DNA of 64,000 nucleotides from an uncultured Actinomycetota bacterium (lineage in GTDB: Bacteria; Actinomycetota; Actinomycetes; JAHEKZ01): positions 2,048,001 through 2,112,000 of the forward strand of contig CAVQYR010000001.1 in NCBI GenBank assembly GCA_963718235.1, written 5' to 3'. Every line of letters begins with the position of its first letter. Position 1 is the first letter of the stretch. Shown here in pieces: positions 49,428 through 62,252 of this stretch. A program made the position numbers and the translations under genes. The notes under the pieces were generated by a model, which searched no databases, was not told the DNA's origin, and saw only the letters and a program-made list of their open reading frames with translations.

Positions 49428-49594
49428 TGCACTCCTTGCGCACTCCCCCCCGTTGCGACCACCCTCACGGGAGCGCAGACGGCTCGAGTGCAGAGGGAGA
49501 CCTACGGCCCTGTCCAGAGCCCTTGGGTCCGAGTAGACAGAGACCTGAAGGTGAGAAAGAGCACCGCCCATCTCGAGCGTGAGGTGTGTGGGCA
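49428..49594 (+). promoter_or_regulatory. Candidate structured cis-regulatory RNA leader
   Basis: Several complementary segments, some mutually exclusive, that sequester the GAGGTG RBS of the acyltransferase gene. No full match to any riboswitch I recall. Confidence 0.35.
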
Positions 49595-50761
49595 GTGAGC
49601 ACACCGAGATCGACAGCCCGACGGCATCCGCATGCCGCGTCTCCCCCGATGGACATCGAGCGAGACCACTACGTCGACGCCCTCCGTGCCACCAGTCTCT
49701 TCGTCGTCGTGCTGTGGCACTGGGTCTTCAGCATCGTCGCCTGGTCCCCCTCAGGGCCTCACATGAGCAACCCGATCGGTACCACGCACGGGCTGTGGTT
49801 CCTCACCTGGTTCCTCCAGGTCATGCCGGTGTTCTTCTTCGTCGGCGGCTTCGTCAACGGCCTCACCTGGAGCTCCGCCCGTGCTGCAGGGCTCGGTTAC
49901 GGCACCTTTCTGCGGCGCCGCCTTCGTCGTCTGCTCGGCCCCGCGGCCCTGGCCATGGGCGTCGGACTCATGCTGTACCTGGCGGTGCGGGCCGCGAACC
50001 CAGAAGCAGTGTGGGTCGGCACAGGCGTGATTGCCCTGCTGGGCCCGTTGTGGTTCCTCTGCGTCTACGTGGTTCTGGTCGCACTCACACCACTCACCTC
50101 ATGGCTGCACGAGCGCACCTCCCCCGCCGACCTCGTGGCGCTGGTGGGCCTGGTGGGTGCCGTCGACCTGTTGCGGTTCCGCTTCGACGTCGGGTGGGTC
50201 GCGTGGACGAACTTCGTACTCATCTGGGTCTTCGTGCACCAGCTGGGGTATGACTACCGGACGCTCATCCGCCTCAACGGCCGCAGCCAGGCCGCCCTGG
50301 CGCTCGGTGGATTCACGGCGCTGGCGCTGCTCACCAACTTCGGGGTCTACCCGAGATCCATGGTCGGGGTTCCTCAGGAGGCGATCTCGAACATGGGTCC
50401 TCCGACTGCCTGCATTGCGGCTCTCGCCCTGTTCCAGGTCGGTGTCGTGCTGCTTCTGAGGCCGCCCGGCACCAAGCTGCTGCAGCGGCCGGGGGTGCGA
50501 AGCGTTGTGGACTGGCTGACCGCCAACTCGATGACCATCTTCTTGTGGCACACCTGGGGCTTCGCCCTCGCCTGGGGGCTGTTGCGAGCTGCCCGGCTCG
50601 ACGTACCCGCAGCATCGACGCTGCTGTGGTGGCTCGAGCGGCCGTTGTTCCTCCTGCTCCCGGCTGTGTGCACGATTCCCTTCTGGTGGGTCTTCCGCCG
50701 CTTCGATCGCGGGCTCCCGAGCCTCGCGCACCTCCTTCATGCTCTGCGCGCGACCCGCTGA
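49595..50761 (+). CDS. Acyltransferase family 3 membrane protein
   Basis: RD.YVDALRA, VVLWHW, MPVFFFVGG, LWFL.VY, SMTIFLWH, about 10 TM helices. Confidence 0.9.
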   Translation: MSTPRSTARRHPHAASPPMDIERDHYVDALRATSLFVVVLWHWVFSIVAWSPSGPHMSNPIGTTHGLWFLTWFLQVMPVFFFVGGFVNGLTWSSARAAGLGYGTFLRRRLRRLLGPAALAMGVGLMLYLAVRAANPEAVWVGTGVIALLGPLWFLCVYVVLVALTPLTSWLHERTSPADLVALVGLVGAVDLLRFRFDVGWVAWTNFVLIWVFVHQLGYDYRTLIRLNGRSQAALALGGFTALALLTNFGVYPRSMVGVPQEAISNMGPPTACIAALALFQVGVVLLLRPPGTKLLQRPGVRSVVDWLTANSMTIFLWHTWGFALAWGLLRAARLDVPAASTLLWWLERPLFLLLPAVCTIPFWWVFRRFDRGLPSLAHLLHALRATR

Positions 50762-50892
50762 TGCTGACGCAGCGGCGGGCGGCGCGCAGTCGGCACCCGG
50801 CCTACCGGTGGGCTTCCCGTCGCAGACCATGAGACGAACGGGCATGATGGGGCTCGAATCGGTCCGTCGTCTCGCTGCATGGGAGTTCCAGG

Positions 50893-52137
50893 GTGCGCAT
50901 CGCGCTGCTGTCCTACCGCAGCAAGGCGCACTGTGGCGGGCAGGGTGTTTACGTGCGGCACCTGAGCCGTGAGCTCGTGGCCCTTGGCCACCAGGTCGAG
51001 GTCTTCTCGGGGCAGCCGTACCCCGAGCTCGACCCCGGTGTCGTCCTGACCAAGCTGCCCAGCCTCGACCTGTACCGGGAGCCAGACCCCTTCCGGACGC
51101 CGCGGCTCGACGAGTTCCGCGATGCCATCGACGTGCTCGAGTTCGCCACCACCAGCACGGCTGGGTTCCCCGAGCCACTGACGTTCAGCCTGCGGGCGGC
51201 GCGGGAGCTTCGGCGACGGCCAGGCGATTTCGATGTCGTGCACGACAACCAGACGCTGGGCTACGGCATGCTCGACATCATCCGCGGTGGTACGCCGATG
51301 GTTACCACCGTCCATCACCCGATCACCCGTGACCGTCGGGTCGACCTCGCCGCTGCCGAGGGCTGGGCAAGGCTCACGAAGCTCCGCTGGTACGGCTTCG
51401 TGTCGATGCAGCGGCGAGTCGCCCGCCGGATGCCGCACATCCTCACCGTCTCGCAGTCCTCGGCCCGCGACATCGCCGACGACTTCGGCGTCGATCCTGC
51501 CCGGATCGAGGTGATCCCGCTCGGTGTCGAACCGGAGGTGTTCCGGCACAACGAGGACCCACGGGTTCCCGGGCGGATCGTTGCCATGGCCAGTGCGGAC
51601 ACACCGTTGAAGGGTGTCGCCACCCTGCTGGAGGCGTTCGCCAAGCTCCGTACCGAGCGGGCTGTGGAGCTCCTGCTGGTCACCAGGCCCGAGCCCGGCG
51701 GCCGCACCGAGCAGCTCATCGACCGCCTCTCAATCCGGGACTCCGTGCGCTTCGTCAGTGGACTGAGCGACACCGAGCTCGCCGAGGTCGTCGGCTCCGC
51801 GGAGATCGCGTGCGTGCCGTCCCTCTACGAGGGCTTCTCCCTGCCGACGGTCGAGGCCATGGCCTGTGGCACCTCCCTGGTGGTGAGCCGCGCCGGTGCC
51901 ATGCCGGAGGTCGTCGGTGAGGACGGCCTCTGCGCCGATCTGGTGACACCTGGTGAGGCGGGTGAGCTGGCCCAGGCCCTTGCCGCCCTGCTCGACGATC
52001 CCGACCGCCGCCGCCGCATGGGCCTGGCCGGTCGTGCACGGGCACTCGAGCGGTACAGCTGGCGAGCCGTCGCCGAGAGCACCGCCGATGCCTACCGTCG
52101 GGCCGTGGCTACCGGGAAGCCCCGCCAAGCATGTTGA
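50893..52137 (+). CDS. manT: GT4 glycosyltransferase, ManT-like alpha-1,4-mannosyltransferase
   Basis: CGGQGVYV, ASADTPLKG, PSLYEGFSLPTVEAMACG, first gene of the manT-meT1-mmpH block. Confidence 0.8.
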   Translation: MRIALLSYRSKAHCGGQGVYVRHLSRELVALGHQVEVFSGQPYPELDPGVVLTKLPSLDLYREPDPFRTPRLDEFRDAIDVLEFATTSTAGFPEPLTFSLRAARELRRRPGDFDVVHDNQTLGYGMLDIIRGGTPMVTTVHHPITRDRRVDLAAAEGWARLTKLRWYGFVSMQRRVARRMPHILTVSQSSARDIADDFGVDPARIEVIPLGVEPEVFRHNEDPRVPGRIVAMASADTPLKGVATLLEAFAKLRTERAVELLLVTRPEPGGRTEQLIDRLSIRDSVRFVSGLSDTELAEVVGSAEIACVPSLYEGFSLPTVEAMACGTSLVVSRAGAMPEVVGEDGLCADLVTPGEAGELAQALAALLDDPDRRRRMGLAGRARALERYSWRAVAESTADAYRRAVATGKPRQAC

Positions 52138-52837
52138 CCGTCGACTTCGACCGGCTGCGGGTTCGTCAGGGAGACCGCGTGCTGGACATGGGCTGCGGTG
52201 GCGGGCGCCACGCGTTCGACCTCTACCGCCGTGGCTGCGACGTCGTCGCCCTCGACCAGGACGCTGACGAGCTCGCCTCCGTCTCCGACATGTTCGCCGC
52301 GATGCGTGCGGCCGGCGAGGTCCCAGACGGGGCAGAGGCCGACGTCAAGCAGGGAGACGCACTGCACCTGCCGTTTGCCGACGGCGAGTTCGACCGCGTG
52401 GTGGCTGCTGAGGTCCTCGAGCACCTCCCCGACGACGACTCGGCCATCGCCGAGCTCGCTCGGGTGCTGCGACCTGGGGGCACCCTGGCGGTCACGGTGC
52501 CTCGATGGTTTCCCGAACTGGTGTGCTGGGCGCTGTCCGCGGAGTACCACCACGTGGAGGGTGGCCACGTGCGCATCTACACACGCTCGGGCCTGGTCGC
52601 CAAGCTGGAGCGGACCGGCCTGACGGTCACCGGAACAGCACACACCCATGCCCTGCACGCGCCCTACTGGTGGGTCAAGTGCGCGGTCGGCGTCGGCAAC
52701 GACGGACACCGGCTGCCGAAGACCTACCACCGGCTGCTGGTGTGGGACATCACGAAAGGCCCCTGGCTGACCCGAAGGGCGGAGCAGCTGCTCAACCCGT
52801 TCATCGGCAAGAGCCTGGTCCTCTACCTGGCGAAGCC

Positions 52838-52841
<4 letters not shown>
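52131..52841 (+). CDS. meT1: Class I SAM methyltransferase, MeT1-like 1-O-methyltransferase
   Basis: MLTVDFDRL, DMGCGGGRH, EVLEH, EGGHVRIY, HAPYWWVKC and NPFIGKSLVLY, matching my recollection of mycobacterial MeT1. Confidence 0.8.
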
Positions 52842-56070
<3,229 letters not shown>

Positions 56071-56168
56071 GGGCGCAAAACTACACCGCACTCGTGGAGC
56101 CCCTCGCGGTCCGCGGGCCGGGGGTCCGTGTCCTCGGACCGGGCCGGACCGATCGGTATCGTCCTCAC

Positions 56169-56522
56169 ATGCCGGCAGTGGACGACTACCTGAGCACCCT
56201 CGAGCCCGAGGTGCGGCGTGCCTTCGAACGCGTTCACTCTCTGGCAGTGGACGTCGTCCCGCAGGCTGAGCAGGCGACCAGCTACGGCATGGCGGCCCTG
56301 CGGTACCGAGGCAAGCCGCTTCTCGGCTTTCGCGCCGCGACCCGCCACCTGAGCCTGTTCCCGTTCAGTCCCGATGTCGTCGACGCCGTCACCGACCGGC
56401 TCCTCGGGTACGACCTGTCGAAGGGAACCATCCGGTTCTCGACCTCACAACCGGTTCCGGACGACGTCGTGCGTGACGTCGTCCGCCTGCGACGCGACGA
56501 GATCGACCGCGCTTTGCACTGA
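56169..56522 (+). CDS. DUF1801 / YdhG-like protein
   Basis: VDDYL, SYGMAALRY, HLSLFPFS, SKGTIRF. Confidence 0.88.
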   Translation: MPAVDDYLSTLEPEVRRAFERVHSLAVDVVPQAEQATSYGMAALRYRGKPLLGFRAATRHLSLFPFSPDVVDAVTDRLLGYDLSKGTIRFSTSQPVPDDVVRDVVRLRRDEIDRALH

Positions 56523-56555
56523 CTCGCGACGGGCTGTCCGTGCAGACTGGTCCCC

Positions 56556-57713
56556 ATGCGCGTACGGGTTGTCCTCCTGGTCTATCTCGCCCTCTTCGTG
56601 GGCGAGCTCTCCTGGTCCGGGGTCACCCCGCTGATCCCGTCCTACATCGACCAGTACGACCTGACCGACCTCGAAGGTGGGCTGGTTCTCTCGGTTGCCA
56701 GCCTGGGCATCCTCGTCGTCTCGCTGCCCGCCGGCTTCATCACGCGCCGGGTGAGCCCGCGAACGCTCACCCTGTCTGCCATGGCGGTCATCGCAGTGGC
56801 CGGATTCGCAATGGCTGTCGCCCCCGGCTACCCGGCTGTGGTTGCCGCCCGCCTCGTCTTCGGCCTCGGGTTCGGCACCCTCTGGGTGTCCATGGCAGCC
56901 TGGCTGGACGACGCTGCAGGTTCGCACAGCGCTCGGGTCCTCGCGCTCACCACCTCCGTCGTCGGGATCAGTGCCATGCTCGGCCCGGCCGTCACCGGCT
57001 GGGTCGCGGAGAACTTCGGTCTGAGCGCGCCCTTCGTCGGGCTGGCCCTGGTGTCTTCCTTGCTGTTCGTCCTGCTGCTCTTCGACCGCTCCGGGTCCGG
57101 GCGACGCAAGGACCCGGCCCCCCCGACTCGCGAGCTGGTTCGCGCGGTCCGCTCCGACCCCGACCTCCTGACCATGCTCCTGCTCACCACAGCGGCCGCC
57201 GTCGTCTGGATGACGGCCGACCTGCTCGTACCGTTGCGACTCGACGCTGGGGGCCTGGATGCGGCCGACATCGGGTTCTTGTTCGCCGGGTCGTCGTTGG
57301 TCTTCGTCAGTTCCAGTGCACTGACGGCGCGTGGCGTCGACCGATGGGCGAAGCCGGGGGTCGCGGCCGCCGCAACCGCCGGCCTGGCCGTGTTCACCGC
57401 ACTACCAGCACTGCTCTTGGGGGTGCCGGTCACGATCGTCTTCCTCTTCGGCGCCAGCGTCGCGACCGGTGTGACTGTCGCACTCACGTTTCCGTTCGGA
57501 CTCCACGCGGTCGATCGGGGCGCCGTCACGGTGGCCGTCATGAGCGCGCTCGCGAGCATCATCTGGGCCCTGTCAGGTCTGGTCGGTCCCACCGTCGGCG
57601 GAGCCTTCGCCGAATGGGCTGGCGATCGCATGGCATTTGCCGTGCTCGCGCTCGTCTGCGTCTGTGTCGCGGTCGCGGTGCAGCGGAAGGCGAGGACCGT
57701 CGTTGCCGGATGA
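56556..57713 (+). CDS. MFS transporter
   Basis: About 12 TM helices, ARLVFGLG, LGPAVTG. Confidence 0.88.
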   Translation: MRVRVVLLVYLALFVGELSWSGVTPLIPSYIDQYDLTDLEGGLVLSVASLGILVVSLPAGFITRRVSPRTLTLSAMAVIAVAGFAMAVAPGYPAVVAARLVFGLGFGTLWVSMAAWLDDAAGSHSARVLALTTSVVGISAMLGPAVTGWVAENFGLSAPFVGLALVSSLLFVLLLFDRSGSGRRKDPAPPTRELVRAVRSDPDLLTMLLLTTAAAVVWMTADLLVPLRLDAGGLDAADIGFLFAGSSLVFVSSSALTARGVDRWAKPGVAAAATAGLAVFTALPALLLGVPVTIVFLFGASVATGVTVALTFPFGLHAVDRGAVTVAVMSALASIIWALSGLVGPTVGGAFAEWAGDRMAFAVLALVCVCVAVAVQRKARTVVAG

Positions 57714-57797
57714 CCCGGGGCCAGAAAGATGGCTTTGCGACAGCCCCCTCGACAGCCTTCCCCGGCGCTCGGCACGGCGATCCCGTTGGCGTGCGCG

Positions 57798-57980
57798 TTA
57801 CCCATTCAGTGCCGAGAACACGTCGTAGACCATGAACGCCGGCCACACCACACCCTGGAGAATGGCGAACAGGTACTCCCAGAACGTGTCCGCCTGTTGC
57901 CAGAAGAACACCCAGGCGCCAAGGATGCCCAGCCCGTAGATGGCGCCTCCACCGGCTGCACCCGCGTTGTTGTTGCTCAT
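57798..57980 (-). CDS. Small membrane protein (60 aa)
   Basis: GGAIYGLGILGA..FW..ILQGVVWPAF, AAGGAG RBS. Confidence 0.8.
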   Translation of the reverse strand: MSNNNAGAAGGGAIYGLGILGAWVFFWQQADTFWEYLFAILQGVVWPAFMVYDVFSALNG

Positions 57981-58126
57981 TCCGACTCCTTCTCGTTCCC
58001 TCGATCATGGTCGACGGCGCCATGGGATACACGAGGCCTAGGTCCCTCGTCGATCCCACCGGCCCGGCAAGGACGGCAGGGTCAGCATCGAGGTGCAGCC
58101 ATCAGTCGGCGAGTAGAATCATGCTC

Positions 58127-58762
58127 ATGCGAGAGCGGTCGAACCCCCGTCGAGTACTGGCCGAGGACCTGACGACTCTTGCGGACCGTCATGCTCTGCG
58201 GCTGCACCTCAGGCGTCTGGACGATCTGTGCGCCGAGCCGGAGACCGACCCCAGTGGTCTCCACGCACGACCGCAGCAGGCGGGCGTGCTCGACCTGGCC
58301 GCCACCCTGAGTGCCGCGCGCCACCTCCCCCACACCTTGACGGTGCAGGTGGCGCTGCCCCCGAACGCAGCATCCGGACTCACCGTGGAGAGCTCACAGG
58401 AGGCACTGCACCAGCGGGCAAGCTACCTGGCGTCGACCTCCTGGCGTGAGTCCATGGCTGTTCGCAACATGGGGCTGCGTCAGCTGCCTCTCGGCATCGT
58501 CTTCTACGTGTTGGCCGCCATCATCGCGGCCGGGCTCGCCTACCTGGCGCAGGAGGCGGACGGGAACGCCAGCATCGCGCTGTTCACCGTGCTTGCGGCT
58601 TTGGCCATGACCGTGGCCTGGGTGGTGTCGTGGATGGTCGTCGAGTCGACGATCTTCGACTGGAGACCGGCTGCCCACCAGGCCGCCGTCTACGAGTTGC
58701 TCGCCCGCGCCACCGTTGAGGTTGTCCCGGAGGACTCGCGCGTCGCTGCGCCCAGCCCTTAG
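58127..58762 (+). CDS. Hypothetical membrane protein (two C-terminal TM helices)
   Basis: Coding-like ORF. TAGAAT -10 is 7 nt before ATG 58127. Confidence 0.7.
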   Translation: MRERSNPRRVLAEDLTTLADRHALRLHLRRLDDLCAEPETDPSGLHARPQQAGVLDLAATLSAARHLPHTLTVQVALPPNAASGLTVESSQEALHQRASYLASTSWRESMAVRNMGLRQLPLGIVFYVLAAIIAAGLAYLAQEADGNASIALFTVLAALAMTVAWVVSWMVVESTIFDWRPAAHQAAVYELLARATVEVVPEDSRVAAPSP

Positions 58763-58829
58763 ACCTCGAGGGTGACGCAACCGTCCTCCTTGGTAGATCA
58801 TGCGGTCTTCAGAGGCGATACTTCGAACC

Positions 58830-61233
58830 GTGCTTCACCTTCTCGAGCTGCACGGTCGACCTGTCGACCCGGACGCTGACCCGGTCCGGCCAGGTCGAGC
58901 ACCTCGAGCCACAGGCCTTCGACGTGCTGGCGCACCTGGTTGTCCATCGAGATCGAGTCGTGTCCAAGGAGGAGCTCCTCGACACGGTCTGGGGTGGGCA
59001 CTGGGTGTCGGAGTCCGCCCTGACGACCAGGGTCAAGGAGATCAGGCGCGCCACCGGCGACACGGGGGACAGACAGAGCGTGCTCCGGACGGTTCGCGGC
59101 CACGGCTACCAGTTCGTGGCCGTCGTCAGCGAGGCTGACCTCTCTACCCCGGCCCAGGGTCATCTGGTGGGCCGCGAACGTGACCTGGCTGAGCTCGGCT
59201 CTCGGCTGCGGCCAGGCTCGCTGCTCACCCTCGTCGGCCCAGGGGGCGTCGGTAAGACCTCCCTCGCACGCACGCTGGTGGCTCGGGCGGCTCCACGCTT
59301 TCCCGACGGCGTCACCGTGCTGGACCTGACGGTGCTGGAGCAGCCGTCGCAGCTCATGGGGGCGGTGGCCAGGGCCGCGAGAGTCTCGGAGCCGTCCGCC
59401 AGCGGCCTGATCGACGCGCTCAGGCGTCTGGACGCGTTGCTGCTTCTCGACGACGCGGACGACATGGTGGCAGCGGTGGCGCAGCTGTGCGATCAGCTGA
59501 CCGCTGACCCAGCCAGCATCGCGGTCGTCGTCACGACCCGTGAGCGTCTCGGCGTCCGAGGCGAGCAGCTGTGGCCGGTCCTGCCGCTCTCGGACTCCGC
59601 AGCCCGCGAGCTGCTGATCACTCGAGCACGCGAGCTCGCTCCGCTGGGGAGCCTGCGTGACGCGGGCGCTGACCAGCTCGACGCCCTGAACGCGTGCGTC
59701 GACCGCCTTCCGCTCGCGGTCGAGATGCTTGCCGGGATGAGTGCCGTCCTGGACATCGAGGACCTGCTTCGTCTGGTCGGGCACCGCACCGACCTGGTCA
59801 CGAGCATGCGCCGTGACGCACCGGAACGACACCGTTCGCTCGATCGGCTCGTCACAAGCTCCGTCGAACGGCTCGACGACGAGACGAGGCGAGCCCTGAC
59901 CGCGCTGACGAGCTTCGCCGGTGCCTTCACGGTCACTGACGCGGCCACGGTGGTGGAACGGCAGGACAGTGGGCTTGCCCTGGTTCGCGAGCTGATCGAC
60001 CGGTCACTGATCTCCCCCGTCGATGGTCCCGGAGGGCCACGTTTCCAGATGCTGCGCACGGTCCATCAAGCCGCCCGCAACGGAGCGGACCCGGACGACC
60101 TGCACGCGGCTGCGCTCCGCCACGCACAGCTGGTCACCGCCGAGCTCGAACGTGCCGATGCCGCGCTCCGGACCGAGGACGAGCTCCAGGCGGCGTTGAC
60201 GTTCGAGCGGCTGGCCGACGAGGCCCGCGCCTCGCACGCATGGGCACGTCGCCACGACCGGTCTCTCGCCGTCCGTCTGACCGTCGCGCTGCACCTGTAC
60301 GCGTACTCACGGATGTGGAACGAGCCGGCCCAGTGGGCCGAGTCGATCGCCGGTGCGGAGCGGCAACAAGGCGCCGTACTGGCCGCGTTGGCCTCGCAGG
60401 CGACCCAGGACGGACGGCTCGCCGAGTCTGTGGAGCTGGCCGAGCGCATCAAGAACGACGACGACGTCCAGGTTCGAGGCTGGGCCCTCGAGGTTCTTTC
60501 CGACGCCAGCATCTACCTGGGCAGACTCTCCGACGCCGAGACGCATGCGCAGGAGCTCGTCGCCTTGGGCCATCGGTGCGCAGCGCCCCGGATGGTAGCC
60601 ATCGGGCTCACGAACGCCGCCATCGCCCGGACCTACGCCGGCCGACCGGAGGACGGGCTGGAGCTGCTCGACCAACCGTTGCCCGTACCTTTCCGTCTGG
60701 CGCCCTCAGAGCGTGCCTGGCTCGCCCTGGGACGAGGTGAGTCGCTCGCCGCCACTCACGGCGCCAGCGCTGTCGCTGCGTTGCGCGAGGCAGCGCGGTT
60801 GGGCGACAGCGTGGGTAACAGCTTCGTGGCGGGGGTGGCCCGCTCCACCCTCGCCTCGCTGGAGACGGAACGTGGCGATCTCGAAGCGGCGACAGCGACC
60901 TTCATCGACATTCTCGAGACCTTCCTGCGCCACGGGAACGTGACGCATCTGTCGGTCTTCCTCCGCAATGTCATTCCGCTGCTGGCGCGTCTGGAAGAGC
61001 CCGCAGCCGCGGCCGTGGTCGGCGCCTGGGTCTTCGGCCCCGGGATCCGACCCGGTATTGGTCCCGACGTGGCTGCTGCACACCAGACCCTGGACGACCT
61101 GCGCGCCGTCCACGGCGATCACAAGATGGACTCCTGGCTGCGCGAGGGGGTCGCCTGCACGGCGGCAGGCGCCACCGAACGAGCCTTGACCGCAATGCGC
61201 CGCTACCTGGGGAAATCACCGACCACTTCTTGA
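58830..61233 (+). CDS. OmpR-type winged-helix + P-loop ATPase (NB-ARC-like) + helical-repeat transcriptional regulator, apparent frameshift right after the start
   Basis: LEPQAFDVL..VVSKEELLDTVWG..TVRGHGY (Trans_reg_C), GPGGVGKT Walker A, LLLDDAD, LPLAVE. Homology runs upstream of the first in-frame GTG (58924). Confidence 0.8.
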
Positions 61234-61235
61234 CG

Positions 61236-61268
61236 ATCCTCACGCAATCCCCACGTCACCCTCATGCA
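61236..61268 (+). promoter_or_regulatory. Imperfect 11-bp-period direct repeats (probable wHTH regulator site)
   Basis: ATCCTCACGCA / ATCCCCACGTC / ACCCTCATGCA between the regulator and the methyltransferase. Confidence 0.55.
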
Positions 61269-61298
61269 CGTCCACGGCCGATCCGCTGAAGTAGCTCC

Positions 61299-62252
61299 AT
61301 GACCACACAGCACACGGGTGACCTCATCCCCGACGACCTGATGCTCACCGACGGCGGCCTCGAGACGGTCCTGGTCTTCGAGCACGGCCTCGACCTTCCC
61401 GCGTTCGCGGCGTTCCCGCTGGTCGAGACCGACGAGGGCAAGGACCAGCTGCGCCGCTACTTCCGTGACTACATGGTGCTGGCCGCCGAGTCCAAAGCCG
61501 GCTACGTCCTCGAGACACCCACATGGCGGGCCAACCCCGACTGGGGTGCCCAGCTCGGCTACTCACGAGACGACCTCCGGCGCGTGACGCACGAGTCGGT
61601 CGGTCTGGCCCAGGGTCTTCGCGAGGAGTGGAGCAGCGACGGACGCGTGCTCGTCAGCGGCTGTGTAGGCCCGCGAGGTGACGGATACGTCCCCGGGGAC
61701 ACCATGTCGACCGACGAGGCCGCCGACTACCACCGCCAGCAGGTCGGTGACCTCGCCGACGCTGGGGCCGACCTGGTCACCGCGTTCACGCTCTCCTACG
61801 CCGAGGAGGGGGTGGGCGTTGCGGCTGCCGCGGCCGAGTGTGGGATCCCGTCCGTCATCGGCTTCACGGTCGAGCCCGACGGTCGGCTCCCTTCGGGCAC
61901 CCGGCTTGGTGACGCGATCGAGCAGGTGGACGCCGCGACCGGGTCGGCCGCGGCCTGGTTCATGGTGAACTGCGCGCATCCCGACCACGTGCTTCCCGGC
62001 CTCCCCGATGCTGAGGGACCGTGGCTGTCACGCATCGGTGCGTATCGGGCCAACGCCTCACGGATGACCCACGCTGAGCTCGACGAGGCCGAGGTGCTCG
62101 ACGACGGGGACCCCATCGACCTCGCGGGCGGCTACCTCTCACTGCGGGATCGCCTGCCCGGGCTCCGCGTCGTCGGAGGCTGCTGCGGAACCGACGTCCG
62201 ACATGTGCGAGCCGCCGCTCAGGCCTGGCGCGCAGGTTCGGTCAACGGCTAG
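61299..62252 (+). CDS. Homocysteine S-methyltransferase family protein
   Basis: LTDGGLET, VGPRGDGY, MVNCAHP and GGCCG zinc ligands. Confidence 0.92.
   Translation: MTTQHTGDLIPDDLMLTDGGLETVLVFEHGLDLPAFAAFPLVETDEGKDQLRRYFRDYMVLAAESKAGYVLETPTWRANPDWGAQLGYSRDDLRRVTHESVGLAQGLREEWSSDGRVLVSGCVGPRGDGYVPGDTMSTDEAADYHRQQVGDLADAGADLVTAFTLSYAEEGVGVAAAAAECGIPSVIGFTVEPDGRLPSGTRLGDAIEQVDAATGSAAAWFMVNCAHPDHVLPGLPDAEGPWLSRIGAYRANASRMTHAELDEAEVLDDGDPIDLAGGYLSLRDRLPGLRVVGGCCGTDVRHVRAAAQAWRAGSVNG

Noticed and set aside
49463-49565. Calling the leader a SAM-I or TPP riboswitch
   Set aside because: Only fragments resemble these families. The SAM-I GCAACC core and the TPP CUGAGA and GCGUAGGGA elements are missing.
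57738-57758. CGACAGCC direct repeat pair between convergent genes
   Set aside because: Only two short copies, within chance expectation at this GC content.
58830-61233. STAND ATPase as an anti-phage (Avs-type) defence protein
   Set aside because: The N-terminus is a DNA-binding winged helix rather than a nuclease, TIR or Sir2 effector, and the neighbours are metabolic genes.
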